The notes beneath the pieces were generated by a model. The model was not told the origin of the DNA and did not search any database. It saw only the letters and a list, made by a program, of their open reading frames with translations. From positions 81,735-145,734 of the forward strand of contig CAWKJU010000016.1 of the NCBI GenBank assembly GCA_963849955.1: 64,000 nucleotides of DNA, written 5' to 3'. Shown one piece after another: positions 7,080 through 15,547 of this stretch. The translations under genes and the position numbers were made by a program. Each line of letters begins with the position of its first letter. Positions within the stretch are counted from its first letter, which is position 1. Source of the DNA: an uncultured Cytophagales bacterium. GTDB lineage: Bacteria > Bacteroidota > Bacteroidia > Cytophagales > JAAEPT01.

Positions 7080-10000
7080 TCAATTTATATCAACCTTATT
7101 TCTTTGAGCTTTTTTAAGTGAATATTCCTCTCTTAAAGCAAACAACACCGGCACAATAAAGTAAGAACTGATGTCGATAATCATTCCCCCAAAAGCAGGT
7201 ATCGCCATAGGAATCATGATATCCGATCCTCTTCCTGTTGAGGTGAAAATGGGTAGTAGTGCAATAATTGTGGTTGTGGTAGTCATCACGCAGGCTTTTA
7301 TTCTTCGGTGTCCACCTTCAATTGCTGCTTTTCTGATTTCTTCTACCGAAGTCGTTTTTCTGTCCTTAAATGTTTGCGTCAAGTATGTTCCCATCAATAC
7401 ACCATCATCGGTTGCTAAACCAAACAAGGCAATAAATCCTACCCAAACGGCCACACTGAGATTAATGGGCTGCATTTGAAATAAGTCCCTCATATTTGTG
7501 CCGAATAAATCGAAATTCATAAACCACGGCACTCCCCACAGCCAGAGCATAATAAAACCACCACTAAATGCTACAGATATACCTGTAAAAATCATGAGTG
7601 AGGTAGTTACTGAACGAAATTGGAAATAAAGAATTAAGAAGACGATTCCTAATACAAGAGGCACTACAATAGTAAGTCGTTTTTCAGCACGGATTTGATT
7701 TTCATAACTACCAGAGAACTTGTAGCTAATTCCAGCAGGGACTATCAGTTCTTTCTGATCTATTTTATTCTGAATAAAGCGCTGCGCTTCTTCGACTACA
7801 TCCACTTCTGCATAACCCGCTTTTTTATCCAACAAGACATAACCCACCAAAAAGGTGTTTTCACTTTTTATCATTTGAGGGCCAGCCACGTATTCAATAT
7901 CTACTAAATCCCCAAGGGGAACTTGAACACCTGTTGGCGTTGGGATATAGATTTTTGCAATACTACTTGGATCCTCCCTTAATTCTCTTGGATATCGAAC
8001 TCTAACAGGAAACCTCTCTCTACCTTCAACGGTAGAGGTGATTTGCATTCCACCGATAGCTATTTCTATTGTTTGCTGTACATCTTCAATGGTTAGTCCA
8101 TACCGAGAAATGGCATCTCTATCGATATTGAGTTGCAGATAGGGCTTCCCGACTATTCGATCAGCAAATACGGCTTCACTTTTTATCGAAGGCACTTCTT
8201 TTAAAATAGCTTCTAATTTTACTCCGAAATCTTCGATCGTTTGAAGGTTTGGCCCATACACTTTAATCCCCATTGGTGCTCTCATACCTGTTTGGAGCAT
8301 GATTAAGCGCGTTTCAATCGGTTGTAATTTGGGAGCAGAAGTAACCCCAGGTATTTTTGTTACCCGTACAATTTCATTCCAGATGTCATCAGGTGTTTTA
8401 ATTTCTTCACGCCAGTTTCTGAAATAATTACCTGAAGCATCCTCGATTAAACTAATAGAGCTAATTCCTTGTACCAGTGCCTCATTATTAGACACAGTAT
8501 CGCCAGTAGTTAAAATAAATCGATTTTCATTATCTGTTTTAAACCGTTCGCGATGCCCTTTTTTGTTTAAAGCATATTCTGGTTTGTAGTTGATAATGTT
8601 TTCATACATCGAAATGGGTGCTGGATCCAACGCGGTTTCTGACCTCCCCAATTTACCAACTGCCAGTTCTACTTCAGGAATATTAGCGAGTAGCATATCC
8701 AACTGCTGTACTACACGTTTACTTTGTTCAACTCCTGCATGAGGCATTGAGGTGGGCATCAATAAAAAGCTACCTTCATTCAAAGAAGGCATAAACTCTT
8801 TACCAACACCTGGAAAGGTATGCGATAAGCCACTCCAAACAGACGTAGTTCTAATGTTTAAATGTACAGCATCAAACCCAGTTGCCACAAAGCCAAATAG
8901 TGAATTAAAGCCTAACCAAATGGTAATTCCCAGTACAACTAAAAAGGTAGGAATGGAAAGAAAAGCCAATTTATGATCTAAACACCATGCTAAAATTTTT
9001 CTGTAATAAAGATCTAATAAGGTAAACGTGCCGAGCACTAACGTAACCATTAAAGCAACAAACAGAAAGTTGTAGGTTAATGATTTTGAAGCTCCAAGTG
9101 GCATCCAATAATTCGCCAATAAACTTGTCACTGAAATTACGGCTACAATTACGGATAGATTATTAGTCAACCAATTTTTCTTAGGGCTGTACTCTTGCAC
9201 GAACCAAGCAATTCCGAAAGCCATTAAAGTCAAGCCTGACCAAAGCGAAACCCAAATAGACGTAGCTAAGCCAGAAAGAATTAACAGGACATTAAAAAGT
9301 TGTCCTCTTCTATTTTTATTGATTTTAATGCCGAAAAACCAATGAGCGAAACTAGGAAGAATGAGCAAAGCAACAATTAAAGAAGCGATGAGCGCAAAAG
9401 TTTTTGTGTATGCCAAAGGTCCAAACAACTTTCCTTCGGCAGCTTCCATGGTGAATACAGGTAGAAAACTGACCACGGTTGTGGCAACGGCTGTTACAAT
9501 AGCTGAACTCACTTCAGCCGCAGCGTTATAAATAGTATCGACTAATTTTTGTTCGGGCGGAGCATCTTCAATATGTTGAATCACGTTTTCGGAAAGCACA
9601 ATTCCTAAATCGACCATCGTACCAATGGCAATCGCAATACCTGAAAGAGCTACAATGTTGGCATCAATATGAAAATAGCGCATCGCAATAAATACCATCA
9701 ACACTGCAATAGGCAATAAACTCGCAATAAGTATAGATGCTCTAAGATTCAGCACCATCACAATAATCACAAGTATGGTAATGAGTATTTCAAGCGAAAG
9801 TGCTTCTTCTAAAGTGCCTAAAGTTTCATTGATGAGTTGTGTTCTATCATAAAAAGGGACAACAGTCAACTGACTTTCAACACCATTTGCCAATATTTTC
9901 TTAGGCAATCCTGGGGCAATCTCTTTTATGCGTTCTTTAATATGATTGATGACCGCTAAAGGATTAGAACCATATCGGGCGATAACAACTCCCCCAACTA

Positions 10001-10898
10001 CTTCTGCTCCATCTTTATCTAAACCGCCTCGCCTCGGTGCGGGACCAAGTGACACTACACCAATATCTTTAATTCGAATGGGTACATTTTCTTCTATCCC
10101 AACTACAGCTTTTTCTATGTCCTCTATCGATGTGATATAACCCAAACCACGAACAAGGTATTCCACTTGATTAATTTCGATGGTTTCTGCACCTACATCT
10201 CTATTCGATGATTTTACTGCTTCCATCACTTTGTAAAGCGGGATATTGTATGCTCTTAGGGCGTCTGGATTTACATCTATTTGATATTCTTGCACATAAC
10301 CTCCAATAGAAGCTACTTCAGAAACATCGTCTACACCGTTTAATCCATATTTTACATAAAAATCTTGCACCTTTCTTATTTCATGCAAGTCCCAACCGCC
10401 TGTAGGGTTTCCTTCTTTATCCCGACCTTCTAAGGTATACCAATACACCTGTCCGAGTGCCGTAGCGTCTGGGCCTAAGGTGGGCTTTACGTCTTGGGGA
10501 AGTAACCCTGGCGCCAGTGAATTGAGTTTTTCCAACACCCGAGAGCGCGACCAGTAAAATTCAATATCATCTTTAAAAATGATATTGATTATTGACGCAC
10601 CAAACATAGAGGTACAGCGGATCGATTTTACACCGGGAATACCTAAAAGAGTCGTAGTAAGTGGATAGGTGATTTGATTTTCAACATCTTGAGGCGACCT
10701 CCCAGACCAGTCAGTAAATACAATTTGTTGATTTTCACCAATATCTGGAATAGCATCAACAGGCACGGGGTCGGAGGGTAAGAACCCAGTTTTCCAGCCG
10801 AATGGAGAAGTCACTAAACCCCAACCGATAATTAATATGAGGAATAAAAGCGTTACTAACTTGTTATCAAGAAAGTATCGAATGATACGATTTAACAT
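7080..10898 (-). CDS. CusA/CzcA-family heavy-metal efflux RND permease (unusually long, 1272 aa)
   Basis: It has the 12-TM RND architecture with two large periplasmic loops and typical HME-RND N-terminal sequence (MLNRIIRYFLDNKLVTLLF...). An extra hydrophobic block at about aa 525-640 and an extended second periplasmic loop account for the extra length. Confidence 0.95.
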   Translation of the reverse strand: MLNRIIRYFLDNKLVTLLFLILIIGWGLVTSPFGWKTGFLPSDPVPVDAIPDIGENQQIVFTDWSGRSPQDVENQITYPLTTTLLGIPGVKSIRCTSMFGASIINIIFKDDIEFYWSRSRVLEKLNSLAPGLLPQDVKPTLGPDATALGQVYWYTLEGRDKEGNPTGGWDLHEIRKVQDFYVKYGLNGVDDVSEVASIGGYVQEYQIDVNPDALRAYNIPLYKVMEAVKSSNRDVGAETIEINQVEYLVRGLGYITSIEDIEKAVVGIEENVPIRIKDIGVVSLGPAPRRGGLDKDGAEVVGGVVIARYGSNPLAVINHIKERIKEIAPGLPKKILANGVESQLTVVPFYDRTQLINETLGTLEEALSLEILITILVIIVMVLNLRASILIASLLPIAVLMVFIAMRYFHIDANIVALSGIAIAIGTMVDLGIVLSENVIQHIEDAPPEQKLVDTIYNAAAEVSSAIVTAVATTVVSFLPVFTMEAAEGKLFGPLAYTKTFALIASLIVALLILPSFAHWFFGIKINKNRRGQLFNVLLILSGLATSIWVSLWSGLTLMAFGIAWFVQEYSPKKNWLTNNLSVIVAVISVTSLLANYWMPLGASKSLTYNFLFVALMVTLVLGTFTLLDLYYRKILAWCLDHKLAFLSIPTFLVVLGITIWLGFNSLFGFVATGFDAVHLNIRTTSVWSGLSHTFPGVGKEFMPSLNEGSFLLMPTSMPHAGVEQSKRVVQQLDMLLANIPEVELAVGKLGRSETALDPAPISMYENIINYKPEYALNKKGHRERFKTDNENRFILTTGDTVSNNEALVQGISSISLIEDASGNYFRNWREEIKTPDDIWNEIVRVTKIPGVTSAPKLQPIETRLIMLQTGMRAPMGIKVYGPNLQTIEDFGVKLEAILKEVPSIKSEAVFADRIVGKPYLQLNIDRDAISRYGLTIEDVQQTIEIAIGGMQITSTVEGRERFPVRVRYPRELREDPSSIAKIYIPTPTGVQVPLGDLVDIEYVAGPQMIKSENTFLVGYVLLDKKAGYAEVDVVEEAQRFIQNKIDQKELIVPAGISYKFSGSYENQIRAEKRLTIVVPLVLGIVFLILYFQFRSVTTSLMIFTGISVAFSGGFIMLWLWGVPWFMNFDLFGTNMRDLFQMQPINLSVAVWVGFIALFGLATDDGVLMGTYLTQTFKDRKTTSVEEIRKAAIEGGHRRIKACVMTTTTTIIALLPIFTSTGRGSDIMIPMAIPAFGGMIIDISSYFIVPVLFALREEYSLKKAQRNKVDIN

Positions 10899-10902
10899 GG
10901 TT

Positions 10903-10974
10903 TGATGTGTTGATTATTTGATGTGCTAATTAAATAATGTGCTGATGTGTTGATTAAATAATGTGCTGATTTTT
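10903..10974. repeat. Phased 8-nt array in the opposite orientation (TGATNNNN on the + strand), immediately upstream of the RND pump start
   Basis: Nine indel-free octamers: tgatgtgt tgattatt tgatgtgc taattaaa taatgtgc tgatgtgt tgattaaa taatgtgc tgattttt. Confidence 0.85.
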
Positions 10975-11010
10975 GAAGACATAGGTATTCTCCAAACTAA
11001 AAGTAATGAT

Positions 11011-11058
11011 ATCGACACATCATCGAATCACCACATCAGCACATTAATAAATCAAATA
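11011..11058 (-). repeat. Phased 8-nt array (ATCANNNN on the + strand) starting on the stop codon of the HYC/CC/PP-motif gene
   Basis: Six octamers: atcgacac atcatcga atcaccac atcagcac attaataa atcaaata. The last contains the TGA stop at 11052-11054. Positions 11032-11046 are the exact reverse complement of 10935-10949. Confidence 0.85.
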
Positions 11059-11462
11059 AGGAAAGACTGGTGTAATACGGGAAGATCTCGCTGAACGAGT
11101 GGTGGATTGTAAGCTAAAAATGAAGGTTGTTTTTCAACTGCAACCTCAGGTAAAAGGAATGAATAAAAGAAAGTAGCGACAAAAACTGGATGAAGATTCA
11201 CTTCAACATTTACCAATTGAAAATCGTCATCCACTTGAAAAGCGTTGAAATGATTTTCACAGCAATTTTTCTTTTTGATAGCAGTTCCATGTGTTGCGCA
11301 AGTAGAAGAAGTTGCTATCTTCATTCCACAACTCAGTTTATGTTGCGTGAGTTGCACATCAGATTTAATTGCTTTACCATAACAAAAATGCGTATTTACC
11401 CCAAACCCCACAGATGTGGCTAGGAAATAAATGGCAAGCGTGATGGAAAAGAATTTTTTCAT
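11052..11462 (-). CDS. Secreted Cys-rich protein with ordered H-F/Y-C, C-C and P-P motifs (resembles the 'HYC_CC_PP' family name as I remember it); first gene of the metal island
   Basis: 136 aa with a signal peptide. The ordered motifs are THFCYG, KKNCCENHF and AYNPPLV. Family assignment is from memory and needs an HMM check. Confidence 0.6.
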   Translation of the reverse strand: MKKFFSITLAIYFLATSVGFGVNTHFCYGKAIKSDVQLTQHKLSCGMKIATSSTCATHGTAIKKKNCCENHFNAFQVDDDFQLVNVEVNLHPVFVATFFYSFLLPEVAVEKQPSFLAYNPPLVQRDLPVLHQSFLI

Positions 11463-11575
11463 GTGTCAAATATACAAATTATTATTTAATAACAATTAAA
11501 TCACAACTTTTTTTACCCACTCTAAATAATTTATTCAATCACAAAACTACTCTTCGATTCAATCGCTTGATTGCT

Positions 11576-11607
11576 ACTTTGACAAAGTTTTAAGACTTTG
11601 TCAAAGT
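11576..11607. repeat. REP-like palindrome, 5' copy (actttgacaaagt-tttaag-actttgtcaaagt)
   Basis: The 13-bp perfect arms are 11576-11588 and 11595-11607, extendable to 14 bp with t11575/a11608. Confidence 0.85.
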
Positions 11608-11623
11608 AATAAATTTTTCAACT

Positions 11624-12262
11624 ATGAATCTCAACAAACCTTTAGAAACAGGTTGTTTTTATCATATTTATAATCGTGGAATCAATGGGGAAGATCTTTT
11701 TAAAAGTGAAAAAAGCTATACGCATTTCTTGAAAAAATATGACCAATACCTTTCTCCGGTTGTGGATACTTTTGCCTACTGTTTACTTAAAAATCATTTT
11801 CATATTCTAATTAGAGTAAAAGAAAAGGATGCATTACAACATTTTTTCAAAGAACAATATCCCGAAAAAAAACAAGAAGCAGAAAATGGCTTACACAGTA
11901 TCGATTTTATTGTAAGTAAACAATTCGCCCGACTCTTTAGTAGCTTTACTCAAACGATAAATAAAATACATCAAAGAAAAAGTTCTCTTTTTGATACTCC
12001 TTTTAAACGGATACATGTAGCAAATGATGTTTACTTCACTCAGTTAATTTGGTATATACATTTCAATCCTCAAAAACATCACTTTGTTACTGATTTCAGA
12101 GAATATCCTCATTCCTCCTATCATAGTCACTTATCAACTAAACAGACAAAACTGTATAGGCAAGAAGTATTAAGTTGGTTTGGGGGTAAAAGTAATTATG
12201 AAACATTTCATAATGGTCAACAATCAGAATTTGAGATCAGAAACTTGATTGTTGAATTTTAA
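11624..12262 (+). CDS. REP-associated tyrosine transposase-like protein (IS200/IS605 Y1 HUH superfamily, RayT-like)
   Basis: 212 aa. It begins FYHIYNRGINGEDLF, has an HUH motif (HFHILIRV) and a C-terminal catalytic-Tyr helix (LIWYIHFNPQKHHF). No TnpB partner is present. Confidence 0.75.
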   Translation: MNLNKPLETGCFYHIYNRGINGEDLFKSEKSYTHFLKKYDQYLSPVVDTFAYCLLKNHFHILIRVKEKDALQHFFKEQYPEKKQEAENGLHSIDFIVSKQFARLFSSFTQTINKIHQRKSSLFDTPFKRIHVANDVYFTQLIWYIHFNPQKHHFVTDFREYPHSSYHSHLSTKQTKLYRQEVLSWFGGKSNYETFHNGQQSEFEIRNLIVEF

Positions 12263-12265
12263 GAT

Positions 12266-12297
12266 ACTTTGACAAAGTCTTAAGACTTTGTCAAAGT
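12266..12297. repeat. REP-like palindrome, 3' copy (perfect 32-bp palindrome actttgacaaagtcttaagactttgtcaaagt)
   Basis: The arms are 12266-12278 and 12285-12297. The central cttaag is itself palindromic, so the whole 32 bp is self-complementary. Confidence 0.85.
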
Positions 12298-12368
12298 GTT
12301 TATCATAAAAAACTTTTAATACTTCATCAATAATTTTAATTTCCTACTATTATTAAATTCCTCTAGCT

Positions 12369-13058
12369 ATGAAAAAAATCTCACTCTCCGCACTTATTCT
12401 ATTGCTATTTAGCTCTGTATGGGCACAAAACTGCTCCTACTACCCTATGAAAAAAGGGACTATGTTAACGTACGAGTCATATAATTCTAAGGACAAATTA
12501 GAATCAAGTTCTAAAACAGAGCTTTTAAGCGTTTCTACATCAGGAAATAAAACTACCGCAACTGCTGAGGTAGCCTCTTATGATAAAAAAGGAGAGGAAG
12601 TTTATAAAACTGAAGTTCCTATAGTATGTAATAAGGGCGAATTAATTATTGACATGAAGTCATTGATTCCAGAGGAGACCTTGGAAGGTTTTAAAAATAT
12701 GGATGTGGATATTACGACCGATAATTTAACTATCCCTAAAGACGCTGCTCCTGGACAAAAGTTAAATGATGGTCACATGTCTATTTCGGTTTCAACTTCA
12801 GGTATGTCAATGGGTACGTTTAAATTTGATATCACCAACAGGTTAGTTGAAGGAAAAGAAAAAATAACGGTAGAAGGTAAGGAATATAGTGCTTTGAAAA
12901 TCACCTATGATTTTGCTGCTAAAGCAATGATTATAAACAAACAATATAAAGTTGCCGATTGGTATGTGGAAGGTTTGGGCATGGTGAAATCAGTTACGTA
13001 TAAGTCAGACGGGAATAGTATAGTTAGTTACACCCTTTTAAAAGAATTTAATTTCTGA
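12369..13058 (+). CDS. Secreted hypothetical protein
   Basis: 229 aa with a signal peptide (MKKISLSALILLLFSSVWA). It looks beta-rich and has no motif I recognise. Confidence 0.6.
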   Translation: MKKISLSALILLLFSSVWAQNCSYYPMKKGTMLTYESYNSKDKLESSSKTELLSVSTSGNKTTATAEVASYDKKGEEVYKTEVPIVCNKGELIIDMKSLIPEETLEGFKNMDVDITTDNLTIPKDAAPGQKLNDGHMSISVSTSGMSMGTFKFDITNRLVEGKEKITVEGKEYSALKITYDFAAKAMIINKQYKVADWYVEGLGMVKSVTYKSDGNSIVSYTLLKEFNF

Positions 13059-13519
13059 TGATTCAAGAAATAATAGTTACCTACTTACACTTTCTTGGCT
13101 TCATTAGCATATTTGTGGCTATTGTTGTCGAAAAAGTGTTGTTAAAAAAAGAACTAACATCAACTAACGCTAACACAATCAGAAAGTTTGATGCCTTGTA
13201 TGGCGTTGCTGCAATCATTATGTTAGCCACTGGTTTTTCAAAAATGTATTGGTTTGGTAAGGGTATGGATTACTATATGCACAATCATATTTTTTGGACC
13301 AAAATATTGATTTTCACCATTGTTGGCTTACTTTCTATTTATCCGACCATCACGTTTATGAAATGGAAAAAGGTATTGAAAGAAAAGAGCACTATTACTT
13401 TATCTGACAAGCAATACAATTTAATTTCAAAAACGCTGACTGCCGAACTAGTATTAATGATTTTGATTCCTCTTTGTGCCCATTTTATGGCGAGGGGCTT
13501 TGGTTATATTGCGAATTAG
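13058..13519 (+). CDS. Small integral membrane protein (DUF2214-like, 4 TM)
   Basis: 153 aa with four hydrophobic segments. Its start overlaps the upstream stop as TGATG (13056-13060). The family name is from memory. Confidence 0.55.
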   Translation: MIQEIIVTYLHFLGFISIFVAIVVEKVLLKKELTSTNANTIRKFDALYGVAAIIMLATGFSKMYWFGKGMDYYMHNHIFWTKILIFTIVGLLSIYPTITFMKWKKVLKEKSTITLSDKQYNLISKTLTAELVLMILIPLCAHFMARGFGYIAN

Positions 13520-14784
13520 GCTACTGACTTCTCCAAGTTAAAAAGATCTTGAAGTACTTCTACTAGAGACTCAGAGTCACCGCGCTTGCAGGCAGCTTTT
13601 AATTCTAACACTGGTAATTTTATTATTTTCTGAATCATTCCCGCAGTTATTGCCTCAACTACCTCAGATTGCTGCTCGTTGAGCTTCCCAAAATATCGTG
13701 ACAACTCTTGCTTCCTGATGTCTTCTAAGGCTGTTTTCAGCTGTTGAATGATTGGGAAGACATCTTGCTCTTGTTTCCAAGAACTAAACTCAGCAACACT
13801 TTCTTCTATAATTTGATTCACAGCCGGTATTTCAGATTTTCGCATCGCCAAGGCTGTTTGTACTTTTTCGTTTAAATGATCTACATTCAGTAGGGTTACC
13901 GCCTTGTTAGATTCTACATCTAAATCAACGTTTCTTGGTACACCCAGATCAATGATTAAAGTTGGGTTAAGTGAAGGAGTAAAATGGCTTTTGTTCAACA
14001 ACGGCTTATCCATCTGCACCGAACTAATCACCACATCCATGGTTGACAAGTATTGCTGTAGTGAACTAAAATCTTCTGATTTGAATCCATATTCTGCTGC
14101 CAAAGCATCAGATTTTTCTTTGCTTCGGTTAAACAAATATACTTCTCCTTCAAACTCGCGAAGGTTGCAAGCCACGTTGCTGCCAATTTCTCCTAAGCCT
14201 ACAATAGCAATTTTAGGGTTGGACTTATTTTTAATAAATTTCTTTGTTTGCTCTACAGACACAGATGCCACGGAAGCATTCCCGTCTTTAAAAACAGTCT
14301 GATTGGCGATGCGTTTATTCGTAAAAAAGATGGTATGTAAAAGCCGATGCAAATAAGCGGTACACATATTTAAATCAGCAGTTAGCTGATACGCTCGTTT
14401 TACCTGATTAATGATTTGAATATCCCCCAACACCATGGAGTCTAAACCTAGAGCCACTTCAAACAAATGTTTGATGGCATTATCTCCTTCAAATTTTAAG
14501 AAATATGGGGAGATGGATGTCGAGGTTAAGCCTTTAAGAATACTTAAATAACTAATTAATTGTGCAGACAAATCGAACTCAGAATAATAATAAACCTCCG
14601 TTCGATTACAGGTTGATAACACCAACACATCTTCTAGTTGAAAGATGTCTTTGCAGTTCCTCAAAAATGCAGCAGTAATATCATCATCCATACTCACTTG
14701 TTCCCGAATAGATAGTGGGGCTGACTTGTAAGAAATGGTAAGGGTTCTAAATTGATTCATGTGCTTTTGAGTTAGCAGGTTCAA
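13516..14784 (-). CDS. hemA: Glutamyl-tRNA reductase
   Basis: 422 aa. It has the catalytic-Cys motif LSTCNRTEVY, an NADPH-binding glycine motif (IAIVGLGEIG) and a C-terminal dimerisation helix. Confidence 0.9.
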   Translation of the reverse strand: MNLLTQKHMNQFRTLTISYKSAPLSIREQVSMDDDITAAFLRNCKDIFQLEDVLVLSTCNRTEVYYYSEFDLSAQLISYLSILKGLTSTSISPYFLKFEGDNAIKHLFEVALGLDSMVLGDIQIINQVKRAYQLTADLNMCTAYLHRLLHTIFFTNKRIANQTVFKDGNASVASVSVEQTKKFIKNKSNPKIAIVGLGEIGSNVACNLREFEGEVYLFNRSKEKSDALAAEYGFKSEDFSSLQQYLSTMDVVISSVQMDKPLLNKSHFTPSLNPTLIIDLGVPRNVDLDVESNKAVTLLNVDHLNEKVQTALAMRKSEIPAVNQIIEESVAEFSSWKQEQDVFPIIQQLKTALEDIRKQELSRYFGKLNEQQSEVVEAITAGMIQKIIKLPVLELKAACKRGDSESLVEVLQDLFNLEKSVA

Positions 14785-14938
14785 AGGTGTCTCCTATTGT
14801 GGAAAATAAATATGACTTCTATCAGTTTTTTTAATGACTTAGTATGATACCCCTACTCCAAGTTTTGGGTTTTTCCAGCAACAGATTAATTTACAAAACA
14901 TTGAAGCGGGGCATCAAACCTAGTCTTAACCAAAATTA

Positions 14939-15514
14939 TTATTTCTGAACTACAGGTGCTCGGAGCGTTTCAACAAGAGCACCAATTTCTCCTATGATTG
15001 CATCAGGTACATTGTTCTTTTTTGCTCCCACCACTAAGTCTGCAATAAATGCATCAAAAGCAGCATCATCAGCCATTCCTGTCATTCGGTTGTTTTTGCT
15101 TGGGTCGTGTGCTTCAACCATATCTAACCCTCCATAGGTGATGTTTTTTGAGCCTGTTGCTTCTGAGAAGAAATCCGTTAAATCTTTACTCAAAGCAGTA
15201 AATCCAGAGTAATCACTTCCATCTAGCTCTGCGAGCAAAACAGCGAAATAAGGTTTTAGTTCATCATCGCCCCCAATGACGAAAATTGTAGAATCTACCA
15301 CACTTCTTAGTGCTAAACGCCCAGCTTCAATCATCATTCCTCCATTTGATGGATCCTCGACCATTTCATCGCCCCCTACTTTTTCGTATATAGTCGGCTC
15401 TGACATTGTTGTGTCATCTTTTTCTTTTTTTTTGTCTTCATCGTCTCCACAACTGGATAAAAGAAGTGCTCCTGACATCAAGAGCATTGCGATAAGTTTA
15501 AATTGCTTTTTCAT
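14939..15514 (-). CDS. Lipoprotein with a truncated-hemoglobin-like (group I trHb) domain
   Basis: 191 aa. It has a lipobox (LLLSSCGDD), then TIYEKVGGDEMVED (trHb-type GG motif), KPYFAVL and GGLDMVEAHDP...FDAFIADL, which resembles the trHb F/G/H helix pattern. The call is by eye. Confidence 0.5.
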   Translation of the reverse strand: MKKQFKLIAMLLMSGALLLSSCGDDEDKKKEKDDTTMSEPTIYEKVGGDEMVEDPSNGGMMIEAGRLALRSVVDSTIFVIGGDDELKPYFAVLLAELDGSDYSGFTALSKDLTDFFSEATGSKNITYGGLDMVEAHDPSKNNRMTGMADDAAFDAFIADLVVGAKKNNVPDAIIGEIGALVETLRAPVVQK

Positions 15515-15547
15515 AAGAATTAAGGTTTAGGTTATTCTGTTTATTTG

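Larger units (their letters stand above)
11576..12297 (+). mobile_element. REPtron-like unit: RayT-type transposase gene bracketed by two copies of a 32-bp palindrome
   Basis: Both palindromes (11576-11607 and 12266-12297) share identical 13-bp arms. One lies 16 nt before the ATG and the other 3 nt after the stop. Confidence 0.65.
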
